A program made the translations under genes and the position numbers. From positions 124,001-188,000 of IMG/VR virus record IMGVR_UViG_3300028558_000016: a DNA stretch of 64,000 nt. One strand, written 5' to 3'. This document shows positions 1 through 6,676 of this stretch, piece after piece; within the stretch, counting starts at the first letter, position 1; every line of letters begins with the position of its first letter. The notes under the pieces were generated by a model. That model saw only the letters and a program-made list of their open reading frames with translations, did not search any database and was not told where the DNA came from.

Positions 1-38
1 TCACATGAATTAATTCACTTGGCCATAACTGTAAAATT

Positions 39-112
39 GGTGGCGTAGTTCAGCTGGTTAGAATGCCTGCCTGTCACGCAGGAGGTCACGGGTTCGAGTC
101 CCGTCGTCACCG
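39..112 (+). tRNA. tRNA-Asp(GTC)
   Basis: Cloverleaf: acceptor GGTGGCG/CGTCACC, anticodon arm CCTGC-CTGTCAC-GCAGG, T-loop TTCGAGT, G73. Confidence 0.97.
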
Positions 113-117
113 CAAAT

Positions 118-128
118 GTTCTTTGAAA
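118..128 (+). promoter_or_regulatory. boxA-like antitermination motif in tRNA array
   Basis: GTTCTTTGAAA in spacer between tRNA-Asp and tRNA-Glu; variant GTTCTTTTGATAT at 525-537. Confidence 0.5.
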
Positions 129-129
129 T

Positions 130-203
130 GGTCCTATGGTGGAATTGGTTAACACGTCAGTTTCTCAAACTGAAGATTACGGGTTCGATCCCCGTTGGGA
201 CTA
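130..203 (+). tRNA. tRNA-Glu(CTC)
   Basis: Acceptor GGTCCTA/TGGGACT, anticodon arm TCAGT-TTCTCAA-ACTGA, T-loop TTCGATC. Confidence 0.93.
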
Positions 204-206
204 CGA

Positions 207-304
207 ATGAATTAAGCCGATAGACTGGTTAATGGCGCGTCGACAACGTCCGTGATAAGGTTTCCATGATGAAACTCATGCTGATCACGTAGGCTAATTC
301 ACTT
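207..304 (+). ncRNA. Unassigned structured RNA in tRNA array
   Basis: Closing helix TGAATT-a-AGCC/GGCT-AATTCA; inner helices CGTGAT/ATCACG and GTTTC/GAAAC; 3' end resembles window positions 1-20. Confidence 0.45.
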
Positions 305-308
305 ATTT

Positions 309-385
309 GGGGCCTTAGCTCAGTTGGCCAGAGCACCTGCCTTGCACGCAGGGGGTCATCGGTTCGAATCCGATAGGCTCCACCA
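309..385 (+). tRNA. tRNA-Ala(TGC), CCA encoded
   Basis: GGGGCCT/AGGCTCC with G3:U70, anticodon arm CCTGC-CTTGCAC-GCAGG, ends ACCA. Confidence 0.98.
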
Positions 386-399
386 AATGATTAGTTGAA

Positions 400-677
400 G
401 TAGATGGAAAATCGTTCTGTTGGTAACCATTTTCCAAATTAATGTGATGATGTCTCAGACTTATATCACGAACCAACAAAGAGTGGTGAACTTAAAAATC
501 ACCGTGAGTAAAAAAGAAGATAACGTTCTTTTGATATTTAAAAACAAGAAGTCGATGATCTACCTTGAAAAAGGTGAATCAACGAAAGTTCCGATCCCAA
601 TGATCACAACGTGTTTTACGTTGAAGAAGTTTAGATTGAAATTATCGTTCGACTTAATGTGTGAAAAATAATTTCAC
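400..677 (+). ncRNA. Unassigned multi-hairpin spacer RNA
   Basis: Helices TGGAAAAT/ATTTTCCA (405-436), GGTGA/TCACC, long-range AAGTCGA(549-555)/TCGACTT(649-655) enclosing several hairpins, GTGAAA/TTTCAC abutting the next tRNA. Confidence 0.4.
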
Positions 678-751
678 GCTCCTGTAGTGGAACTGGTTAA
701 CACGTCCGCCTTTCACGCGGAAGATCGCGGGTTCGAACCCCGTCGGGAGTA
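678..751 (+). tRNA. tRNA-Glu(TTC)
   Basis: GCTCCTG/CGGGAGT, anticodon arm TCCGC-CTTTCAC-GCGGA, T-loop TTCGAAC. Confidence 0.95.
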
Positions 752-756
752 CAAAT

Positions 757-842
757 GTTGCCGTATGCAAATTGGTTTAAGCGAACAGACTTTCAATCTG
801 TGTTCCGTATGGAACGTGCGGGTTCGAACCCCGTCGGCAATA
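757..842 (+). tRNA. Atypical class II (long variable arm) tRNA with TTC (Glu) anticodon
   Basis: GTTGCCG/CGGCAAT, anticodon arm ACAGA-CTTTCAA-TCTGT, variable arm GTTCC-GTAT-GGAAC, T arm GCGGG-TTCGAAC-CCCGT, A73. Confidence 0.85.
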
Positions 843-928
843 CAAAAATAAAATAATAGGAGGACCCAGGCTGTGGACGCAACAAAAATGTAATTTCTCT
901 TTACGAACAGTTTTGCAAAGAGAACGGA

Positions 929-1720
929 GTGGAATTTGAAATAGTAAAATCCGTAATTCCACATGATGACACAACTCTTTTCTGCTGTTCAGGAATGCAA
1001 CAGTATAAAAGCAAGTTTAAAGATCAAAATTATAAATGCACGATTTCAAACATCCAACCGTGCATCAGATTAAATGATCTTGAAGAAATAGGAGACAGCA
1101 CTCATTTCCTATACTTCAACATGATGGGATTCTTTTCTTTCAGAGAATGGACTGTGAAAAGAACAATTGATTTTTGGATGTCGTTCATTAATAAGATTGG
1201 TCTTAAAGTGGATTATGTTACAATCCATCCAGACAAAAAAGAATGGAAAGACTTTTATATTGAATACAATGTTGAAGTAAAAGAAGATCTCGAATGCACT
1301 TGGACTGATGGAGACCTTGGAGGATACTGCACAGAATTTTATGTGAACGGTATTGAGATAGGAAACATAGTCAATTGCAATGGTGATTGCATAGATGTTG
1401 GATTTGGTTTAGAAAGACTTGACATGCTTGTCAACAATAAAACAAAAGATGAGATAAGCGTGTTGAAGGAAACCATTGAAAAGATAATTGAAAGCGGTTA
1501 TGTCCCTGGACCTAAACAGCAGGGATACATCTTGAGAAAGCTTTTGAGATTGTTATATGTGAAAGGTGGAAGTATCGATCATGAATTCTTTGTCAAGGAA
1601 AAAGAAAGACAGGAACGATTGGTAAGAAAATATTCTTTGCTAAAACAAAAGCACAAAGACAAAAGCAAAGAATGGTGGTATGGAACACATGGAATTGATT
1701 TGAATGAAATGGGGCCTTAG
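929..1720 (+). CDS. alaS: Miniature alanyl-tRNA synthetase (aminoacylation domain only; true start may be about 12 codons upstream)
   Basis: DDTTLFCCSGMQQYK, QPCIRLNDLEEIGD..H..YFNMMGFFSF, IEIGNIV, IDVGFGLERL, GYILRKLLR; no editing or C-Ala domain. Confidence 0.9.
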   Translation: MEFEIVKSVIPHDDTTLFCCSGMQQYKSKFKDQNYKCTISNIQPCIRLNDLEEIGDSTHFLYFNMMGFFSFREWTVKRTIDFWMSFINKIGLKVDYVTIHPDKKEWKDFYIEYNVEVKEDLECTWTDGDLGGYCTEFYVNGIEIGNIVNCNGDCIDVGFGLERLDMLVNNKTKDEISVLKETIEKIIESGYVPGPKQQGYILRKLLRLLYVKGGSIDHEFFVKEKERQERLVRKYSLLKQKHKDKSKEWWYGTHGIDLNEMGP

Positions 1721-1785
1721 CTCATTTGGCTTAGAGCGCTTGCCTGGCAGGCAAGAGGTGACGGGTTCGAAACCCGTAGGCTCCA
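1711..1785 (+). tRNA. tRNA-Ala(GGC), overlaps alaS stop codon
   Basis: GGGGCCT/AGGCTCC with G3:U70, anticodon arm CTTGC-CTGGCAG-GCAAG. Confidence 0.95.
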
Positions 1786-1855
1786 CTATCGGAAAGGATC
1801 ACAACATCCCGTACGAGAAAGAACGACACAACTGTTGTGAGTTGGAAAGTTCTTC

Positions 1856-1927
1856 GGGATCATAGTATAAGGGCAAGTACGCATCCCGCTCAGGGATGAA
1901 ATGCAGGTTCGAATCCTGTTGGTTCTA
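1856..1927 (+). tRNA. Atypical tRNA, CTC anticodon with G33 and G3:U70
   Basis: GGGATCA/TGGTTCT (3 G:U pairs), D arm GTAT..GTAC, CATCC-CGCTCAG-GGATG, T arm GCAGG-TTCGAAT-CCTGT. Confidence 0.75.
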
Positions 1928-1932
1928 CAATT

Positions 1933-2007
1933 GGGGAATTGATTTGAAATTGGCTATCATGTTAGACTTGCAATCTTTCGTTACGGGTTCGAGCCCCGTA
2001 TTCTCCA
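1933..2007 (+). tRNA. Degenerate tRNA-Ala(TGC)
   Basis: GGGGAAT/ATTCTCC with G3:U70, canonical T arm, loop CTTGCAA; weak D stem and only 3 bp anticodon stem. Confidence 0.7.
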
Positions 2008-2014
2008 CAATTAG

Positions 2015-2022
2015 TATATTTG
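2015..2022 (+). promoter_or_regulatory. Bacteroidota-type -7 promoter box (TAnnTTTG)
   Basis: TATATTTG in the context TTAGTATATTTGTA, shared with 39447 and 54559. Confidence 0.55.
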
Positions 2023-2072
2023 TATATGATTATCAAACTTAAATATTGTTTCGTGTATGTTGATTTTCGATC

Positions 2073-2306
2073 TTGTGGATCGAAATCAAATACATCAAAG
2101 TCGCAGAAAAGCAACTTAAGAAAGTCGATTTAAACAAAGTCGAAAAGCATCGCAAATTCCTCGAAGAAGGAGGAGAGATGATGCCGATCGATGTTGTTCA
2201 AATCAACGACACTGAGTATTGCATTTGTGGAAATGGAAGACATCGCTACTTCGGTTGTCTTGCAGCAGGCTTCACTATAATCGAAGCTAACGTATTAAAT
2301 GAATAA
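2073..2306 (+). CDS. Small ParB/sulfiredoxin-like domain protein
   Basis: MPIDVVQ...YCICGNGRHRYFG resembles the ParB-N PI.V....dG.HR motif. Confidence 0.65.
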   Translation: MWIEIKYIKVAEKQLKKVDLNKVEKHRKFLEEGGEMMPIDVVQINDTEYCICGNGRHRYFGCLAAGFTIIEANVLNE

Positions 2307-2307
2307 C

Positions 2308-2390
2308 GCACCCGTGGCCGAGCGGAACCGAAAGGTGAAAGGCACAGGTCTGCAAAACTTGCAACGCCAGTTCGAATCTGGCCGGGTGCT
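2308..2390 (+). tRNA. tRNA-Cys(GCA) with extra hairpin in D-loop
   Basis: GCACCCG/CGGGTGC, U73, CAGGT-CTGCAAA-ACTTG; D-loop contains ACC-GAAA-GGT. Confidence 0.9.
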
Positions 2391-2391
2391 C

Positions 2392-2568
2392 ATGGATAAC
2401 AACGAAAAAGAAGAAATACTTAATTCATATAAATGGATTAAAGTCAAGAAATTTGTCGATGATGAAACCAAAAGCTGGGAAGAAAGATTCAAAGCATTGG
2501 AAAAACATCACTTAGAAGAAACAAATTTTTTGATAAACAAAACAAGGGAAATAGTTAAACAACTGTAA
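2392..2568 (+). CDS. Hypothetical protein (58 aa, start revised to after tRNA-Cys)
   Basis: ATG at 2392; upstream part of tracked ORF is tRNA sequence. Confidence 0.6.
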   Translation: MDNNEKEEILNSYKWIKVKKFVDDETKSWEERFKALEKHHLEETNFLINKTREIVKQL

Positions 2569-2570
2569 AT

Positions 2571-3836
2571 ATGGAAACAACAGAACAAACAAAACTCTTA
2601 CCCTTCTATGGAGTCGTAAAAGAAAAGAGAGAATTCAAGTGGGGAGGATTTCTCTTGCTTGAAACATTTAATGGAATATATCAATGCGTTTTAAAAGGTA
2701 TTGATATGACCACGATCAAACATGAATCCTATGTTTTAATCGAAGGAGAATTGGTTGATGCTAAAATAAAGAAGGAGCTTGTCGTATCAGACAAGGAAAT
2801 CGTCGTTAAGAACATCAAAACTCTTTCTGAGCCATTTGAGCTTCCAACAATAAACATTTATGAGAAGACTGTGAACGCAGATCAAAATGTGATCTTTGAC
2901 AACAGACAATACGTTTTGAGAAACGAATCAAACAAGTGCATCTTTAAAATACAAGCTAAAATACAATCCTTGTTTAGAAGATTTCTTGAAGAGAAAGGAT
3001 TTATTTCAATATCAACTCCTAAGCTTGTGTCAAACGGTGCTGAAGGCGGAACTAACGTTTTCAAGCTTGACTATTTTGGTAAGGAAGCTTGTCTCGCTCA
3101 ATCACCACAATTCTATAAGCAGATGATGTGCGGAGTGTTTGGAAAAGTATTTGAGACTGCTCCTGTGTTTAGAGCTGAAAAGCATAACACATCAAGACAC
3201 TTGAATGAATATCTTTCCATGGACGTTGAGATGGTGATCAAAGAAAACATGTCAGAGATAATAGTTCTGCAAGCTGAAATGATGACATACATCTTAGGTG
3301 GACTATGCGGAGAATGCGGAGAAGAGCTTATTTATTTAGGAGTTAAAGAACTTCCATCTGAATCGATGGTGATGACAATAGAAGAAGCAAAGAGGATTCT
3401 TGGAAGTCCTATTAGCGACAGCCATTCGTATGACTTAACAGGACCAGAAGAAGTTGAGATCTCAAAGTATGCAAAAGAAAAATACAATGCTGATTTTGTT
3501 TTCCTAACTCATTATGGAACTACTATGAGACCTTTCTATACTAAAGAATCTAAGAACGGAATAACAACTGAAAGCTATGACGTTTTATATAAAGGAATAG
3601 AGATAACTTCAGGCGGTCAAAGAAAAGAAACATACGAAGAATATGTAAAAGCTCTTAGATCAAGAGGAATGAATCAGGAAATGTTTGAAAGTTATCTAAA
3701 CACGTTCAAGATAGGAATGCCATTGCACGGAGGATTTGCAATAGGGCTTGAGAGGTTAACAGCAAAGATCTGTAATCTTGAAAGCGTGAAGATGGCAACG
3801 TTATTTCCCAGGGACGTTGATAGATTAACCCCTTAA
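2571..3836 (+). CDS. aspS: Aspartyl-tRNA synthetase, archaeal/non-discriminating type
   Basis: OB-fold N-terminus, LAQSPQFYKQ, FRAEKHNTSRHLNEY, EITSGGQR, HGGFAIGLERL, LFPRD..RLTP; no GAD insertion. Confidence 0.92.
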   Translation: METTEQTKLLPFYGVVKEKREFKWGGFLLLETFNGIYQCVLKGIDMTTIKHESYVLIEGELVDAKIKKELVVSDKEIVVKNIKTLSEPFELPTINIYEKTVNADQNVIFDNRQYVLRNESNKCIFKIQAKIQSLFRRFLEEKGFISISTPKLVSNGAEGGTNVFKLDYFGKEACLAQSPQFYKQMMCGVFGKVFETAPVFRAEKHNTSRHLNEYLSMDVEMVIKENMSEIIVLQAEMMTYILGGLCGECGEELIYLGVKELPSESMVMTIEEAKRILGSPISDSHSYDLTGPEEVEISKYAKEKYNADFVFLTHYGTTMRPFYTKESKNGITTESYDVLYKGIEITSGGQRKETYEEYVKALRSRGMNQEMFESYLNTFKIGMPLHGGFAIGLERLTAKICNLESVKMATLFPRDVDRLTP

Positions 3837-3839
3837 TTG

Positions 3840-3868
3840 AAAGAGGACTTTAAAAAGTCCTCTTTTTT
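3840..3868 (+). terminator. Intrinsic terminator
   Basis: AAAGAGGACTT/AAGTCCTCTTT hairpin followed by T run. Confidence 0.85.
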
Positions 3869-3871
3869 ATT

Positions 3872-3879
3872 TATATTTG
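3872..3879 (+). promoter_or_regulatory. Bacteroidota-type -7 promoter box for smpB
   Basis: TATATTTG 7 nt before smpB ATG, just after a terminator. Confidence 0.6.
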
Positions 3880-3886
3880 CACTGTT

Positions 3887-4309
3887 ATGATAGAAAATAG
3901 AAAAGCTCGTCATGAGTATGAAATATTAGAAGAATTTAAAACTGGAATGGTTCTTGTTGGGTCTGAAGTTAAAAGCATCAGAGATGGAAAAGCAAGCATC
4001 GCAGAGTCCTATTGTTTATTGATTAACGGAGAAATGTTCATTCGCAACATGCACATTGATCCATACGAGAAAGCACAGACTCCACACGAAGTCAGAAGAG
4101 ATCGAAAGCTTCTATTAAAGAAACAAGAGCTTAAGAGAATTGGAAATAAAATGATCGATAAAGGTCTTGCCCTTGTGCCTTTGAGGATCTTTGAAGAAAA
4201 AGGAATATTCAAATTGCAAATAGCAATAGGCAAGGGCAAAAAACTCTATGACAAGAGACAATCCATCAAGGAGAGAGATGTCAGCAGAGACTTAGCAAGA
4301 AACACTTAA
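3887..4309 (+). CDS. smpB: SsrA-binding protein SmpB
   Basis: ENRKARHEYEI, GMVLVGSEVKSIR, RDRKLLLKK, GKGKKLYDKRQSIKERD. Confidence 0.97.
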   Translation: MIENRKARHEYEILEEFKTGMVLVGSEVKSIRDGKASIAESYCLLINGEMFIRNMHIDPYEKAQTPHEVRRDRKLLLKKQELKRIGNKMIDKGLALVPLRIFEEKGIFKLQIAIGKGKKLYDKRQSIKERDVSRDLARNT

Positions 4310-4320
4310 ACAAAAATAAA

Positions 4321-4767
4321 ATGAAAAAGTATCTGTTAATGTTCATTGCAGCTTCTATCTTAGTAAGCTGTGGACCGGTTAGGAAAAAACGAAAACACGC
4401 AGTAGTTCACGCATTCAAGGTATTGGGTGAAGTTGCAAGCGACTTAGATGATTCCTTCTTTTATATGATTACTGATGGAAATGGATGTTATACAGCAACA
4501 TCAAAAACTCCATTATCGAATTTCAGCGGCGTTAATTGGACAAGGTCCAGCACAATGCCTTCATTAAAAGAAGCGCAGGAATTAGAAAAGATGGAAATTC
4601 CAGAAGAAGAATTAGAAATTGAAGTTCAGGAAGACATGACAGCTGATCCTTCTGATTTTGAAAGTGCTGACGCCGATGGTAGTGATGGTGGTAGCGATGG
4701 AGGAGACGGTGGTGGAGATAGTGGTGGTGATGGTGGTGGAGGAGACGGTGGTGGCGGTGGAGATTAA
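4321..4767 (+). CDS. Putative lipoprotein with acidic and Gly/Asp low-complexity tail
   Basis: Lipobox-like LVSC after hydrophobic stretch; C-terminal (D/S)GG repeats. Confidence 0.65.
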   Translation: MKKYLLMFIAASILVSCGPVRKKRKHAVVHAFKVLGEVASDLDDSFFYMITDGNGCYTATSKTPLSNFSGVNWTRSSTMPSLKEAQELEKMEIPEEELEIEVQEDMTADPSDFESADADGSDGGSDGGDGGGDSGGDGGGGDGGGGGD

Positions 4768-5029
4768 AATAAATACAAAAGAAGATTTATTTGACGCCGT
4801 TCAAGGAGCAATTCTTGGTCGGCGTCAATATCGTTTGCGCAGTTCGGTTTCCGATATTCTTCTAAATGGCCTCGACGAAAACATAAGACTAACCAAATAT
4901 CTTCTCGATAATAGGAACATGCATCCAGATTCAAGACATGAAATGGAAAAGGTTCTTATCAAGCTCGAAAATATGAAAACCGGATTTATTGAATTGAAGA
5001 AATTACACGATGGTTTAAAATTACAATAA
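4757..5029 (+). CDS. Hypothetical protein (start revised to GTG 4757)
   Basis: Coding-like sequence from VEIKINTKEDL; upstream part is the alternate frame of the Gly repeat. Confidence 0.55.
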   Translation: MEIKINTKEDLFDAVQGAILGRRQYRLRSSVSDILLNGLDENIRLTKYLLDNRNMHPDSRHEMEKVLIKLENMKTGFIELKKLHDGLKLQ

Positions 5030-5692
5030 ATGATAATAAAGGCTTTGCCGAAGAGAGATTTCGATGCTCTCATGATTGAGAAAAACCTCAACGATTCAAA
5101 TATCGACGAAGAAAAAAACCTGTATCTTATTTCCATAAACTACTCAGACTTTCCAGATTGGATGCCGGAGGAAGCATATCCCCATTTCAAGGAAGACCAT
5201 TCTAATGTATTGAGATTATTTTATGATGACGTCTTGCAAGACACTCAAATAAAAATAGTAGCAACTGGAGAATACGCAACAGCAAAAGCTTTCACAAAGG
5301 AAGATTCCATTAAGGTCATAGAATTCTTGTCAAAGATAAGAATGAATGCCAATACTGAAATTTTAGTTCATTGTAAAGCTGGAAAATCAAGGAGTGTTGC
5401 AACAGCTCATTTCATTAGCGAATACTTTGGCATGAATACATCATTAATTTATACTGATGACGAGATGAAGCCAAACCTTACAGTGCTTAATCTGTTAAGG
5501 CAAGAAGCTCCAAAGAAATGTCCAAAGTGTAAATCGGATTTCAAATGCAGAGCAATTGAAAAAATATCAAATGCTGAAATCAAATGTTGGTGTCAGTCTA
5601 TAAAAATACCAGATGATACGTTAAAAGATTTGGCTGATGAATTCAATTATAAATGTTTATGCCCTTCGTGTTTGACAGAATACGAAACATGA
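5030..5692 (+). CDS. Protein tyrosine/dual-specificity phosphatase fused to Cys-rich CWC domain
   Basis: LVHCKAGKSRS (CX5R) plus C-terminal CPKC...C..CWC...CLCPSCL. Confidence 0.8.
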   Translation: MIIKALPKRDFDALMIEKNLNDSNIDEEKNLYLISINYSDFPDWMPEEAYPHFKEDHSNVLRLFYDDVLQDTQIKIVATGEYATAKAFTKEDSIKVIEFLSKIRMNANTEILVHCKAGKSRSVATAHFISEYFGMNTSLIYTDDEMKPNLTVLNLLRQEAPKKCPKCKSDFKCRAIEKISNAEIKCWCQSIKIPDDTLKDLADEFNYKCLCPSCLTEYET

Positions 5693-5736
5693 GAAACAAT
5701 TGCATCAGAACATGATATAGAAAAGAAAATCATATC

Positions 5737-6618
5737 ATGGGAGCATTAGATGCGATTAAGAGTCTGGACATCATACAAGTATCAGAAGTTGAGAATTTAC
5801 AACAGAATCATTATGTTCAGTATCTTGAATATGTTGATGTGGTCAAAGATGTAAAGTTAGGAAAACCTTCAACGCCAGGGCAATCGGTTTACGTTGATGA
5901 TTTACTTGATGATGGTTTTATTGATCCTGCTACCCATGAACAAATAAAATATGGAGAGCAAGGTCAAGTTGAAATACCAATGGTCTCATTGAGTCTTGTG
6001 TTGCAAAAAGTTATAGTGGATTTCAGTGATGAAAAAGTAGAGACAAATGCTGGTGAGGATCCTCAAACTGCTGTTATTGATTTCTTATTAAAAAAGGTGG
6101 TATTAAAAATAAAGGAATTAGCAGCCATAAATAAAGCTGAATTTGAAAAAGAATCTCCATCACTTGATTATAAGTTTAAAGAAGAAGAAAGCGGTGATCA
6201 TGAAAATGTTTTTGGAGGTTTATTTAGGAGAAAATTAATATCTAAAATAGTAAGAGCCGCAAGCGTAATTGCAGTTAGAACGAGAATAGGTCCTGGAACT
6301 TTTATCATCGCAAAAAGAGAATACATAGATGCAATTTCTAAATATTCTCCAACACGTTATCTTTATCCTTTGGAATTTCAAACAACAATTTCAAACATGA
6401 AGATGTTAGTTTGTGATGATCTTGGAGATGAAGTGCTTGTTGGAAGATTAGGAACATCAGAAGAAGCTGGGATAAAACTCATTTCTAATAATGAAGCACT
6501 TGAAAAGAACTTAATATTTAATGAAACTGATATTTCTGGAATTAGCATCAGATATGCACTGGACTCATACGGACCTAAATCTTACGTTAACTACATGTCT
6601 TTCAAGTTAGAAAAATAA
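5737..6618 (+). CDS. Divergent T4 gp23/gp24-like capsid-fold protein (partial)
   Basis: IAVRTRIGPGTFII, VLVGRLG...AGI, ISIRYAL resemble gp23 C-terminal motifs IArqTrRGkGNFII, vGYKG..dAGI, fktRYGi. Confidence 0.55.
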   Translation: MGALDAIKSLDIIQVSEVENLQQNHYVQYLEYVDVVKDVKLGKPSTPGQSVYVDDLLDDGFIDPATHEQIKYGEQGQVEIPMVSLSLVLQKVIVDFSDEKVETNAGEDPQTAVIDFLLKKVVLKIKELAAINKAEFEKESPSLDYKFKEEESGDHENVFGGLFRRKLISKIVRAASVIAVRTRIGPGTFIIAKREYIDAISKYSPTRYLYPLEFQTTISNMKMLVCDDLGDEVLVGRLGTSEEAGIKLISNNEALEKNLIFNETDISGISIRYALDSYGPKSYVNYMSFKLEK

Positions 6619-6676
6619 AAATAAATTTTTAATATATCAAAATAATTGCTAATTTGGCCTCAAACCCTAAAAGAAA

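Noticed and set aside
204-304. Hammerhead or HDV-like (theta) ribozyme next to tRNAs
   Set aside because: No complete CUGANGA/GAAA core in the right topology and no HDV-type nested pseudoknot found by eye
757-842. Selenocysteine or opal (TCA) tRNA reading
   Set aside because: With the 5-bp stem ACAGA/TCTGT the 7-nt loop centres on TTC; the acceptor is 7 bp, not the extended Sec type
420-974. ORFs 420-671, 713-964, 777-974
   Set aside because: They overlap tRNAs or the structured spacer and show no protein motifs
1933-2007. tmRNA tRNA-like domain
   Set aside because: Has G3:U70 and a weak D stem, but is tRNA-sized with a TGC anticodon loop and no mRNA-like domain
4658-4764. Val/Met-rich N-terminus of ORF 4658-5029
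   Set aside because: It is the alternate frame of the Gly/Asp repeat of the upstream lipoprotein
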